Source: Paragordius varius (Eukaryota > Animalia > Nematomorpha). Taken from it: DNA of 64,000 bases. Below, piece after piece: positions 36,759 through 49,823 of the stretch (position 1 is the stretch's first letter; the number at the start of each line of letters is the position of its first letter). Location of the stretch: NCBI GenBank assembly GCA_964247055.1, contig OZ176052.1, forward strand, positions 558,001 through 622,000. The letters run 5' to 3'. The notes beneath the pieces were generated by a model. That model saw only the letters and a program-made list of their open reading frames with translations. It had not been told where the DNA came from and did no database searches. Position numbers and translations under genes: made by a program.

Positions 36759-36910
36759 CAGTGCTACTCACCAAAATTTTTTAAGGGGCAAAAAATTTTT
36801 TTCTTGTCTTAAGGGCCATAATACCAGGAATATTTTAATGTTTGCCACATTTGCAGATTCATTATACTCAAAATAAGAATTTCAGTCCCACGGGCTACGG
36901 TTTGTCTTTG
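36759..36910. mobile_element. 152-bp non-autonomous derivative of the neighbouring hAT element
   Basis: Begins cagtgctactcaccaaaa (compare 37800 cagtggtactcaccaaaa) and ends cccacgggctacggtttg..tg (compare cccgcgggccgcggtttg). Flanked by cattatac (36751-36758) and cattatag (36911-36918). Confidence 0.7.
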
Positions 36911-37471
36911 CATTATAGTGTTAAATAATATTAAAGTAGTATTTGTGAATAGAGGAGCCATTAGCAATCAAATCACTCATTTTCTAACGTTAGCTTTATT
37001 AAAGCATATTTATAAATATATTTTTATGAAATATCTAATTTAATCAATAAATTTTATATGTTATATGTTTTTTGTACTGAAATAATTGCCAAAAAAATAT
37101 TTTATTAAGTGTGTGCTCTACTGCAATTTTGCATATAGAGCAACTGCCATAAAAGTGTAATAACTTTCTAAAATGACTCGTAAGCCCTAAAACGAAAAGC
37201 ACCATGAGATGCCTTTTCTATCAGAATTCATATTATAATTTATATTAGCCCTTATTATGTGAACCAAAATTAATTCAAAAATATATATTTTTTATAAATA
37301 TTATTGTATTCGAATAATTAATTAATTCCTTAATTATATGCTAAATATTGTGTTAGATCTTTAAAACCATTTAAACTTAAAACCCGATCAGACGATTTCA
37401 TCATTTGATTTAAATAATAACGCTCACTTTTGAAATATTTACCTACCCGTTCTGTTGACTGGATCTATATA

Positions 37472-37751
37472 CAGTAAAATTGAAATTATACGACAAAATA
37501 TAAAAATAAGACAAGTTTTTTTTCAAAAGACAACCATACTTTTTAAACCTTAATTTATCCTATAAAAAACATTTAATTACAATCGTAAAATACATAATTG
37601 ATTGTTACCAATTTACATTTCTATATTAAACTTTCTAGTTCAAAACAATGAGTTATATATTAAAAAATCAGGATTAAAAAGGCATGGTTATCTTTCTGAA
37701 TATTTGTCTCCATATTTTAACATTTTGTCCGTATAATTTCAATTTTTACTA
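37472..37751. mobile_element. MITE family B
   Basis: ta|cagtaaaattgaaattatacgac ... gtccgtataatttcaatttttact. Confidence 0.8.
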
Positions 37752-37799
37752 TATATAAAACCAATTTTCCAAAATTACTATTTACCTTATATTCTAACG

Positions 37800-40138
37800 C
37801 AGTGGTACTCACCAAAAAAATTTGACGGGCCAAATAAAATATATTTTTTTTTCGAGGGCCCTGAACCTTATAATGGCAAATTTTCCATAGCTAATTGAGA
37901 CGTATGCACATAATCATACTCTACGGATCGCATGTAAATCCAGCTAAATCGTTTTGCACCATTTAGTTCAAAAAAATTAAAATATTTTGATAACAACATT
38001 AATTTTGATATTAACTAATAATTTTTGACAAATTTGGAGGCCAATCTTAATACGTCGTCCATATAATCATCGGTTAAGCGATGTCTATATGTATCTTGAC
38101 ATACTTCATTTTCGAATACGCCGTTTTGTGTAAGTTGAGGGAAAAACAGTTCTCTACGATTCTCCTTAAATATAGCCTCCAAATTGTAATCATTTTTAAA
38201 ATCTACAAATTCTTCAATTATATGCGCCTGATCAAAACCAAAATGCTCAAGTTACTTATGGAGATATGGATATTCAAGGAGTTTTAAGCAAATTTTAATA
38301 TTTCATAATTCTTGTGAATTTCATCTCGTTAAATAAAAATATTAAATGATTGTCTATTATTAAATAAATCTATGCGGTAAATTCCATATTTTCTTCATGA
38401 ATCGTTTTAAGTGTTGGAAATTATACAAGTGTTTTATTTATGAAATCTTGTTTATATATTATTAATTCTTCTTCAAAGGAAAATATTTGAGCGAATTGGG
38501 TATTTATTTTGCTCCCTTGAAGACGTGTAAAAATAATAAGTTTATAAATAATGTCGCAAAGGTAGGCTAATAAAACCCATCATTTGTCACTGTTAATTTC
38601 CTCGTTAATCATTCTGCTATCTTTAACAAATAATCTTTCATGTCTTAAAACAAAAAATCTATTTTACTAAGGTTTAGCCATCTCACGGCGAGTACAAAAG
38701 ATTATCATCAAACTCATTGTAGATATCTTTCAGAAGGTTTTCGAATTTACGGCGGTTGAATTCTCTGCCACGGTTGTGGTTAACTATATCCTCAACCGTT
38801 TTAATTACCGAATTGAGTGATTCATCTTTTACAGTCGAAAATAAGTTTTGCTGATGAATAAAGCAGTGAAAGGAAAAAATATTTTTAAATTATATTTGTT
38901 TTTTAAAAGAAAAATAAATCCTTTTATTCCAATCTGAACAGCCATCTGTACAGATTGAAATCAATTTTTTCATAGATATACCATTATTGTCGAAAAAAAT
39001 GCTAATTATTTAGAAAAAATGGTCCTTTCGTGATATTATTCATTGGTGAAAAATTTAAATAATCCTCGTTGATTATGTTGTTGTTGCAAAATCTCACGAA
39101 GAGCGCCCTTGAGGTGTTGAACTTATATCAGTGCTAGAATCGATTGCAATACTGAAGTATTTGCAATTTTTCAGAGCCAATAATGTATTGTTAAAAATGT
39201 ATTTAGACATATCTTCAATGCGTCGAGCACATGAATCAGAAAGTTGAAGTTTTTTAATTTGTCTCATGATTTGATCTTTATTATGGAATTTATCAAATAA
39301 AAAAGGACAATTATTTATTAAACCTTCTTTTATTAGTTGGGAATCAGTAAACGGTTTCATATTTTTTTCTAAAATATAGCAAATTTTCATACGAGGCTGG
39401 ACAAAATAGATTTTTTTTGGTATAATTTTTTGATCTTTTTATTTTTTTCGTTTCTTTCCTTATGATTTTCCGGTAATTTAGGAAAATGATGAAAATGTCT
39501 TTCAAAATTGTATTTTTTATAATTATGTTGTCTTTACATATAAAGCAGGTAACAACATTTTTATTAAAACGACAAAAATTTTCGTCCGATTCTTTTTTAA
39601 AGAAGCTATTTTCATCGGATAATTTACGTTTTTTTGCATTAGATGTCATCCTTAAAATTTATGTTTAAATATTATGTAAATTTTGTCAAAAAATAGGAAT
39701 ATAATTTGAATTATGCTATGGTCGAGATTTAATGATGTTGATTAGAAAAATATTTTATAAAAATGAGTATAAAAAATGCAGCAATGAAAAGAATATGTAT
39801 ATGCAAGTTTGGAAAAGGCTTGCCAAAATACAATTATGTAATGCAATAAAAATTTCAAAATAGAAAAGAAAATAGAATGCAGAAACAGAAGTAACTTGTG
39901 CCAAAATTTTAAAACAATTTTAATGTAGGGAAATTTTTCTACATTTCAAATTGGATAAAAAATACCAAAATTAAATCTAAGGAAATAAATTAATATTAAA
40001 ATAAGGGAAAATTCGTTATTATATGTATTTTAAAAATTATCAATAAAAAAAAATTTAAGTATCAATATGGTCATAGGGCAATTATAAAGCGCTCTTAGGG
40101 CCGCATGCGGCCCGCGGGCCGCGGTTTGAGTATCACTG
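37800..40138 (-). mobile_element. Full-length (2339 bp) hAT DNA transposon, Buster/Charlie (GTF2IRD2/SPIN-like) group
   Basis: 12-bp TIRs CAGTGGTACTCA (37800-37811) and CAGTGATACTCA (reverse complement of 40127-40138). Perfect 8-bp TSD TTCTAACG at 37792-37799 and 40139-40146 with a central TA. GC-rich subterminal palindrome gggccgcatgcggccc at 40098-40113. Confidence 0.92.
37950..39649 (-). pseudogene. Frameshifted hAT transposase
   Basis: Fragments in different frames: MTSNAKKRKLSDEN..VTCFIC; ASYE/ICYILEKNMKPFTDSQLIKE; YFSIAIDSSTDISST (first catalytic Asp region); KLISICTDG (about 38945); SFHCFIHQ (CxxH, about 38860); VRWLN (about 38680). The 3' limit is approximate. Confidence 0.85.
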
Positions 40139-40515
40139 TTCTAACGTAATTTGCACATATTTTTTTCCGAAAAATATTTGAAAATTATTAACTCGTACAA
40201 AAATTATCGTTTCCTCATAAAAGTTAGTTAGTACAAAAATATATTTTAATCATATATTTCATTATTATTTAAATTCAATTTTGTATCATTTCTAAAAAGT
40301 GTGATTTTTATGAGCGTAGTCTTTTTGAAATTAAACTTAAATATTTTTTCACTTTAATTTGTTGTGTGATATACGAGATGTCTTATCTTTTATAAAACAT
40401 CTTTCTATAATTTTACAATTATATATCACGTTTGCATTTAATAAAAACATTTAAATATTTTAATTACATACGAAAAATAATATATAATTATTTTAACAAT
40501 TATTATTATCATATA

Positions 40516-40632
40516 CAGTAAGGTATGGTATAAAACAACTAATGATTGAAATTAAATATATATTTTACTATATATACTTTACCATTATTTGTATTTAATT
40601 TTGGTGTAAACTTTGTTTTATACCATACGCTG
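40516..40632. mobile_element. 117-bp TA-flanked hairpin MITE
   Basis: ta|cagtaaggtatggtataaaacaa ... ttgttttataccatacgctg|ta. Confidence 0.7.
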
Positions 40633-41547
40633 TACGCATTCATTTTTAAAACCACAAAGCTTTTTTAATTTTTTTCTAAAATTAACATTTAACTGTATGA
40701 TGCAACATATGCATTAAAGGAAGCCTAATATTTTCATTTTCAAAAAAAATTAATATAAAAACGAAAACAAATTGTGGAAAAATAAAGTTTTGTTTTAATT
40801 TTTAATTATAAAATATCTTATTAGTTTATTTTGGTCAATTTTAATACACTTTCATCACAGGTATGAAATATATAGGTCTTGAATTATATTTTTTCCGTAG
40901 TTTTTTTTGCACTGAACATTAACAATGTTATAAAAAAAATTACATCATATAATATGTTTTTTTTTACTAAAAAATTAATAAGAAAAGTTTTATAAATCTC
41001 AATTTCGCACAACAAAATCTGTTGTATATTTTATAAAAAATACATTTTAATACATATTTACTTACTTTTTATTTTTATTATGCAAAAAAAATGAATTCAA
41101 TCAATAAAAACTATACATTTTACATTATCAGTTGTGATTATTAAACATTATTCACATTCCGTTAATGCAAATTTTTCGCTGGAAAATGCAATTCCTCCAT
41201 TATAATAACGGATTTTTCATATTCCAAGAAAAACTGCAGAAGCCATTTTAAAATTATTTATTCATAAAAATTAAAATTATAAATTTGATTATTAATTGTA
41301 AAATTTTTTTTGCTTTTCCATATTCTACGGAAATAAGGTATAGAGAAAGATCTATGAACCTTTATAATTAAGAGTGTTGTTGCAAATGAAAGATGCATGA
41401 TATATAATTTTTATTTGAAGCAAAAAAATAAATTTTGAGCGGGAAAAAACACCTGATCTGCACGTTTTCCATATTTTTATTTTTTTTTAACAAAATCACA
41501 AGATTTTTATCCTATAATTAGTTTTAAACATCAATTATTATTCCTTT

Positions 41548-44500
41548 ATGCCTATTATAAATGAAAAATATGAAAATTTTTGGAATCGTATCGCCCAAGA
41601 TGCCAACGGGGTGGGATCAAAAACGAAAAAAATTTTACAGGTAAAGTTTTTTTTCATAAAATTTAAAGGTTAAATTTGTAAATTGTTAAAAATTTTTGGT
41701 CAATATATAATCGGAACCCCTATAATTTACAGTAAAAACTGAAATTATGCGGACAAAACGTAAAAATATAAAGACAAATGTTTTTTTCTAAAGGACAACC
41801 ACACTTTTTAAGTCATGGTTTATTTTAATTGGCAAAGTGTGAAATAGAAATGTATATAACTAACACAATCAATTCTATATTTTACAATTGTAACTAAAGA
41901 GCTTATATTAAAAAAATTATGGTTTTAAAAAGTGTGGTTGTTTTTTAGAGAAAAATATTTGTCTTTATATTTTTACATTTTGCTCGTATAATTTTAATTT
42001 TTACTGTAATATTTCAATATTGCTTTTTATTTTTCAAATGCCGATATAATTCAATTACATCGATTATTAGAGTGGTGATTTTAACCGTATAGAAATAGAT
42101 CTGACTACAATACATGGACAAAGGAATTAATAAAATAATTGAAAAGATTTGAAATAATAATACCCTATTTTAAAATTTTAAATTGGATCAATCTTTTTAT
42201 ATACCATATTGTTATATTGACAGAAAAACATATGTTATATAAATTTTACTGGTTATTTTTTTAAGCGGTACAGTCAAAGTCAGGATTGCATTTATAACTT
42301 TTTTAGAACTAACCGTTATCTTTAACTCTTGGAACTTTTTATGATGTAATAATTATTGTTTGGGTATGATAGGCGGTAATTTTAAAATTCTACGAAAAGC
42401 TAAAAACATGATCTAAAATTCACTGGATTTATGTTCTAAGTTTAATATTTAACTCCTTTTAACTGATTTAATCCACTGTTTTTTAATAAATGTTACTGCA
42501 ATATATATTAATTATAGTTAAACAAATTACAATATCAATAAGTATACATTGCTAGAAAGTTATTAATTATTGCCAAATAATAAATACAACAAAGGGCACT
42601 ATTATTGGTTAATAATAGTAAGGAGTGAAAAAAATAACTATAAGCCAACAATACTGCCCTTTGTTGTATTTACTAATTGGCAATAATTATAACTTTCTAG
42701 CAATGTATACTTACATACAGTAATATAACTGAATAATTATTTATTGTTTTTTTCAGTTAATATTAACCTAAATTTTGAGTAAAATTATAAATTTATGGTA
42801 CATCTATCTAATCTAATTTCACTTTCTTACGGAATCCATACCCAGAAAAAAGATTTCCATTCTTCTATTCACCATTAACCTATTATTTTTTTATAGATTT
42901 TTTCTCCATTTAATATTTAGCGCAAATCAATTTGCCAATTGAATGGTCCTCGTTTGATTAAAGATGATGAATTTGGCCATTTAATTTACAAGAAGGGAGA
43001 TTATATCAAAAATCAATGTAAGAAGAATTTTCGATTTGCTACCAATAATTTATTAACAAATAAATTTTCAAAATTTCAATTTTTTTGTAAGTTGTTAATT
43101 GGTATTTTTTTATATCCCTACAGGTGAAATATGGGACATATGGTCCCCTTAACAAATATTTAATGCTTAATTTTATAAATATTATAGATGAAATTATTTG
43201 TACGTTGGGTGAAGGCACGTTTGGAAAAGTTGCTCTAGTCGCCGATAAAATGTAAGTTCAAATAAAATTTTATTATAAAGTTAAGGAACTAAAAAATAAT
43301 TGCAGAAAAAATTGAAATTATACGGACAAAACGTAAAATATAAATGACAAATATTTTAAAAGACAACCATATTTTTATAAATCATCGTTTTGATTTGCTA
43401 AACGGGAATTAGAGATGTAAATTGGTACCTCAATAAAAAATGGATTTTATAGTTTATGTATAAATAATTAAGGTTTGAAAAAGTAACGTATTCCTTATAT
43501 AAAAAATATGGGTTTTTTTTACGTTTTGACTGTTTATTTTCAATTTTCATTATATATTTACAGTAAAAACTGAAATTATACGGACAAAACCTAAAATAAA
43601 TAAAGATAAATATTTTTTTCTAAAAGACAATCGTACTTTTAAAATCTTGATTTATTTAAATATAACTCGTTGTTTTAAACTGCAAAGTATGAAATTGATA
43701 TGTCTATTGGTAAAATCAATTATATATTTTACAATTGTAATTATATGCTTATTTATATATAAAAAATTAAGGTTTGAATATAGGTGTCTTTTAGCAAAAA
43801 ATATTTGTCTTTATATTTTTACGTTATGTCCGTATAATTGTGATTTTTATTGTATTTTAGGAGATTTCAAAATGCTCCCCCGACACAAGCCCTTAAAATT
43901 GTCAAAAATATCAACAAATATCGCCAGGCCGCAAAACTAGAAATTAATGTATTGAACATCATCAAAAAATTGGATGTCGATAATATTTCGTAATATATGC
44001 TAATATATACCATTTACAATTCAAATTCACCCTTAAACAATTCAAATTTACCCTTGAACAATTCAAATTCACTCTAAAAATATATTATGTGTGCTTTCAA
44101 TCTAACATTCATCATTAATATGAAATATATTTACGACATAGTTTATTATTTTTTCAGCATATTATTAATTTTAAATAGAATTTCATATTTTTAAAACATT
44201 AAAAAAATAAAGGTTATTTTAATCCTAAAAACAACACATAATATATTTTAGGGTGAATTTGAATTGTTAAGGGGGAATTTGAACTGTAAATGGTAATTTA
44301 TTAAAATTTTTATTTGTAAATAACAATTGGGAAAACGCGCCCTATAAGCGAATATATTGCAATTATTTGATACAGCTGATTATGAGCATGTCTGTTTACG
44401 CCGTTTATCTAAATGTTTTTACAACTTTTGATAACAATATTTTATTTCGACTAAATTAGTTTAAATTATGATATACTTGTTATTTTTAGAGAGTTAATAG

Positions 44501-47500
44501 CTAAAAACTTATAATTTTGACTAGTGTGTCATTTTAATTTTATTAGTATTTTAGCTTGTATGGTCAGTAAAAAATCTAAATTCTGACCTTTAATGTGTCT
44601 CACGCATTTATCAATAGCTAAAACTGTTATCTTTGATTAACAACCTTTCTCTGTTAAATCTTCTATAATACATCTGATAGCAGGAAACCCTAGTAAAACG
44701 ATTTCAATCACATCACCCATAAAAATTATGAAAAAATAATTAACTGCCCCTATGGCATTAGAATAAACTCTTTCAAATGTTTAAAAATCGTAAACTATTG
44801 CCTTAAATTCCATGCTCTTGGTAAAAATGATTTCATCGCCAGTGGAAAGGTTTCGATTTTGTGGATCAATGGTTAACTTATACTTTCAAGACTTCTTTCT
44901 GTATTATTGAGTGGGATAAGCTTTTCGGTGTATGATTTAAGTAAGAAGGAATTTTCCTTTTTTGTATATCAGTATTACATGGTTTTCCTGCTATTTGAGT
45001 CTATCATCCTATTTTTATAGAGTGTTTTTCGAATATATCAATATTATTTTCAGAATAGGGGCAGTTAATTTTGGTGATTCTAAGATTTCGTAATTTTTCT
45101 ATATGGACAAAAGTTTGGATATGTAGCTATTTCAAAAAAACGTCCACCTTATATAGGCAGTAGATTTAAGATTTTTAATTAATTTCAGTATCTGTTCTTG
45201 GGGCTTCATCACTGATACATTGAATGTACTGATCATTTTCTTTTTTCAATTATTATCAATTCTACCAGAGCAATTATTCAGGTTAAATTTATTTTTTATG
45301 GCCTTTTACAGTTATGTATCCTTAATTTTATCAAAAATTTATTTTTTTCCTTAAATGTATGTAATTATTTGGTAAAGAATGGAAAAAACAAAAGCTCTAT
45401 GGTAAGTTTTATACTTTTTTGATGAATATGATATTGTTAATACCATCTTGTTTTTTCTCCATTCTTTACCAAATATTTATACCTACCCATTTAACGAAAA
45501 AAAAATAAATTTTGATAATATAAAGGATACATGACAGTAATTACTTGTGAATGTAATATTGCCTGGTAGTAGAAATTATATTTCAAATAACTAAAATATT
45601 TTTTATTTCTTATTACGTTTATAATAATTTAGGAATTGCGTGAATATGATAGATTGGTTTGATTACCAAGGACACATATGTATTAGCTTTGAAGTTTTGG
45701 GCTCAAGCATTTACGATTTCTTGGTATAAATATTACAGTAAAAATTGAAATTAGACTATGGACAAAACGTAAAAATATAAAAACAAATATTTTTTCCAAA
45801 AGACAACCTCATACTTTTTAAATCTTTATTTAGTTCAATATAACTCTTCATTGTTTTAAATGGCAAAGCATGAAAAAGAGATATTTTTTAGTAACACAAT
45901 TAATTTTATATTTTACAATTGTATGTAACTAAATAGTTTATAAGAGAAAAAATAAGGTTTTAAAAAAGTATGGTTGTCTTTTAGTAAAAATATTTATCTT
46001 TATATTTTTACGTTTTGTCCGTATAATATTTACTGTAATTATATGTAAGAGTTATTTAGTTTATAGGTATGTTTGTTGTGCATAATTATAATTATACTGA
46101 CAAAATGTAAAAATATAGAGACAAAAACTTTTTATAAAAGACAACCATACTTTTAAACCTTAATTTATCTTATAAAAACATTATATTACAATTGTAACAT
46201 ACATAATTACATGCGTTACCAATTTACGTTTCTATATTATACTTTGTCGTTTAAAACAATAAGTTATATCAAAAAAAAGAAGTTAAAAAATATGGTGGGC
46301 CTTTTGAAAAAATTTTTGTCTTTATATTTTCACGTTTTGTTCGCATAATTTCAATTTTTATTGTATTATCTTATGTTCCAGAAAACGAATTGTTATCAAC
46401 CATTTCAACTTGACCAAATTCAATGCATTGCAAACCAATTAGTCCAAGCTTGTGATTGTAAGTCATAAAAACTATTAAAAAATTTATGAATTTTGTGATT
46501 TAATATATAAATAGCAAAATTTTAAAATTGTTTTAAAATTAGCTTTCTTTCATATACGCTAAAATATTATACGGACAAAACGTAAAAATATAAAGACAAA
46601 TATTTTCTTCTAAAAGACAACCAAACTTTGTGAATTTTGATTTTTATAATGATATTTCATTGTTTTAAACTATAAAGTTGGAAATAATGTAAATTGATAA
46701 AACAAGCATTCCATGTAGTTACGATTATAAATAATTTTGTTTTAATAGAATGAATTAAGGTTTGAAAAAGTATCATTGTGTTTTAGAGAAAAAAATTGTC
46801 TTTATATTATTACGTTTTGTCCGTATAATTTCAATTTTTACTATATTTCTCATTAAATTAATTGATGTACTAAAAAAGTTTTTATAATTTTTAGCGTATA
46901 TTTATTCTTTTTTTTATAAATAAAATATTTAAAAACTTTTTTGGATGTTTTAGTTTTGCATCAAAATCATATCACACATACCGATTTGAAACCAGAAAAT
47001 ATGCTTTTCATCGATTCCGCATTTACAACTATGTATGACAAAATTACAGTAAAATATTTTTACACTGAACAACTTTTTAAGAATATGGAGGTTATATTTT
47101 TAAAATAATCAGAATATTACTTAATAAATAGTTTTAAGGGCATTTATTGCTTTTTAAAGATGTTTTCAATTATAAAAAACCTGAATAATTTAAATAATTT
47201 AAGTGCATAGATGGTACTTAAAAGCATATCTTAACAAAAAATATGCATGGTAACCTAGTACCTAATATACCTAATATAAGATATTATTAATACAAGTCAA
47301 TAACTTTTTTAAGCATCATAAATTTTTAATATTTTATATTTTTCTGAAAATCTAAACCTAGTACCTAATAAAAATTATATATATTTTAACTATTTAAAAA
47401 AAATCTAATCAAACCTTATTTGCAAAGGGTAAACGTTACATGAAAGTCAAAAATGCTCAAATCAAACTTATCGATTTCGGTTCGGCCACGTTTGATCATG

Positions 47501-49814
47501 AACCTCATAGCCCACTTATTTCCACAAGACATTACCGCGCACCTGAAGTTATATTAGGTGATTTTATTGAAAGACCAATCGAGCCTGCCTTAATCCTTAA
47601 AAATATATTCCATTTTTCAGTTAAAAACAACATTTTTTTATCAGCATACCTTTCTACCACAGAACATAAACTTTGTAAACTAATGTTTTAAAAAGTTTTT
47701 TTGCTTAAAATTAAATTATCATACCATATTCTTCTCTATTAGGAAAACTTAAATTTGTTACAGTTTTGTAACTTTTACTCAAACAAACAGATGATTCTAA
47801 AATTAATAATATTATAATAAAGAGTTTTGTTAAAATGTAATTTGAATACCCCCCAAAGTTAATTATTTACATTTTTTTAACCATAATATATTAGCATGGC
47901 GAAAAAGTTTGAGATGAGGATTTTTTACAATTTTCATTTTTAATTTTTTTTTGGATCACATGCCTAAAAAGGCCAAAGAAAGCATATTTTTAAATTTGGT
48001 CCAATACTAAAATACTTTTTAAGATATTTTAAATGGCTCTGGGGTATAAAACTACCCTAAATCGTAATGATGAAGTGTGGATGAAAAAATAATTATGTAA
48101 CTGTATTATATAGATTTGGGTTGGTTCCAAAGCTGTGACATGTGGAGTATAGGAGCCATTTTGTTTGAATTATATCGTGGTTTTACATTGTTTCAAGTAT
48201 GTTTCATATATAATCCATTTTAACAGTAAACTGAAAAATATCCGTTTTCCTGAATTATTAAGCAATTTTAAATACAGGAAAAACTGAAATTATACGGACA
48301 AATACTTTTAAAATCCTTATTGATTTTTTAAATTTTAACTGATTGTTTTAAACTCCACAACGTATAAAATAGAGATGTATATTGGTAACACAATCAATTA
48401 TAATATAACTGTAATTAAATAATTTATTTATCAAAAATTTAGGATCAAGAAAGTAGGATTGTCCTTTGAAAACAAATATTTATGTATATTCGATTTCTAA
48501 ACATATTTACAGTAAAATTGAATTGAAATTATACGGACAAAACTAACAATTATAAGGACAAATTTTTTTTCAACCTTGATTTATCCTATAAGAAACATTT
48601 TACACTAGTAAAATACATAAATAATTTGTATCTTCATTTTACACTTTGCATTTAAAACAAGCAGTTATATATTTTAAAAAATAAATATTTAAAAAATATA
48701 GTAGTTTGTCTTTTAGAAAAAATTATTTGTCTAATTTTACGTTTTGTCCGTATAGTTTCATCTTTTATATTGTATCATTTTTTTTGATAAAATAGACTCA
48801 CGATGATAGAGAACATTTGGCTATAATGGAACGTGTCTTAGGTTCTGTCCCAACACATATGCTTCAAAAATCAAAGTAAGTCAATAAAAACTGAAATTAT
48901 ACGGACAAAACGTAAAAAATATAAAGACAAATATTTTTTACTAAAATACAACCAACCATACTTTTTAAACCATTATTTATGTTAATGTAACTCTCATTGT
49001 TTGAAATGACAAAGTGTGAAATGAAGATATATAATACTAAGACATTCAATTCTATATTTTGCAATTGTAATTAAGTAGCTTATATGGGAAACATTTAGGT
49101 TTAAAAAGTATGGTTGTCTTTTAGAAAATATATATTTGTCTACATATTTTTACGTTTTGTCCGTATAATTTAAATTGTTACTGTAATTTTTATATGAGAT
49201 TTTTAATGCCTTTTTTTTTGTTTATTTTTAGAGCCCAATTTATCAAAGATGGTGAATTAGATTTCACAGAAAATGGGCCCATGATACAATACGTTCACAA
49301 ACATTGTAAACCATTGAAGGTATTATGGAAAATAAATTTTACTTTAATGAAATTTTTAAACCATAATATTTCCAGTAAAAATTACATTTTAAAGACCAAA
49401 CATAATAAAAAGTGACTACATCTTTTCTATAAAGAATACCATATTGATTTTTTTGTGCATTGTAATAAATATATAATTATTTCAACTTTTATTGAGTGTG
49501 TTAGCATCCCATATTCCTTTTTTTTTCGTTATCCGAAACGATAATATAATGTAATTAAAATTCAAGTTTAAAAAATATATGGATGCCGTTATAAAAAATT
49601 ATTAATGTTAGTCTTTTTGCGTTAAGTCTTCTTTATAGAGCTTAATTTTTACTTAAACATTTCCTCATAATTTATGTAGGATTACATGTTGGCTCGTTCA
49701 GAAAAACACGCCCAGCTATATAATCTCATGTCTCAACTTTTGGAATATGATCCATACGAAAGATTAACTAGCTTCGAAGCTCTTAGACATCCCTTTTTTA
49801 TATCCAAAAATTAA
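41548..49814 (+). CDS. CLK: CDC-like (LAMMER) dual-specificity kinase, CLK/Doa family, 12 exons, about 386 aa
   Basis: Exons: 41548-41640 (tentative first exon), 42921-43017, 43188-43251, 43861-43989, 45633-45723, 46382-46457, 46954-47048, 47428-47557, 48114-48196, 48796-48875, 49232-49319, 49680-49814. All are phase-compatible. Motifs: [95 protein letters not shown]. Confidence 0.93.
41730..42006. mobile_element. MITE family B
   Basis: ta|cagtaaaaactgaaattatgcggacaaaacg ... aatttttactg|ta. Confidence 0.85.
42539..42713. repeat. Near-perfect 175-bp hairpin (about 70-bp arms), probable MITE
   Basis: taagtatacattgctagaaagttat..ttgccaa..aaatacaacaaagggca / tgccctttgttgtattt..ttggcaa..ataactttctagcaatgtatactta. 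Confidence 0.85.
43561..43852. mobile_element. MITE family B ending 8 nt before a CLK acceptor
   Basis: ta|cagtaaaaactgaaattatacggac ... gtccgtataattgtgatttttattg|ta ttttag|exon. Confidence 0.85.
44010..44293. mobile_element. MITE family A
   Basis: ta|ccatttacaattcaaattcaccc ... gaactgtaaatgg|ta. Confidence 0.85.
45258..45575. repeat. About 320-bp foldback insert in a CLK intron
   Basis: tctaccag..atgtatcctt..ttatcaaaa..ttggtaaagaatgg / ccattctttaccaa..ttttgataa..aaggatacat..ctggtag. Confidence 0.75.
45736..46035. mobile_element. MITE family B starting 12 nt after a CLK donor
   Basis: ta|cagtaaaaattgaaattagactatggacaaaacg ... tttactg|ta. Confidence 0.85.
48510..48772. mobile_element. MITE family B
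   Basis: ta|cagtaaaattgaattgaaattatacggac ... gtccgtatagtttcatcttttatattg|ta. Confidence 0.75.
48882..49183. mobile_element. MITE family B making up about 85% of CLK intron 48876-49231
   Basis: gtaagt|caataaaaactgaaattatacggac ... gtccgtataatttaaattgttactg|ta. Confidence 0.85.
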
Positions 49815-49823
49815 GAACATATG

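Noticed and set aside
40098-40124. Striking GC-rich palindrome as a stand-alone regulatory element or ncRNA
   Set aside because: It is fully explained as the subterminal region of the hAT element.
44360-44430. Possible alternative or poison CLK exon (tacag|CT GAT TAT GAG CAT GTC TGT, DYEHVC resembling DYQGHIC)
   Set aside because: The similarity is too short, the frame closes after 18 codons and no donor is evident; probably chance within a TE remnant.
47041-47066. CLK donor TTACA|GTAAAA as a second MITE-donated splice site
   Set aside because: Only about 10 nt match the family-B terminus and no MITE body follows. From memory vertebrate CLKs have an intron at the equivalent position, so coincidence is more likely.
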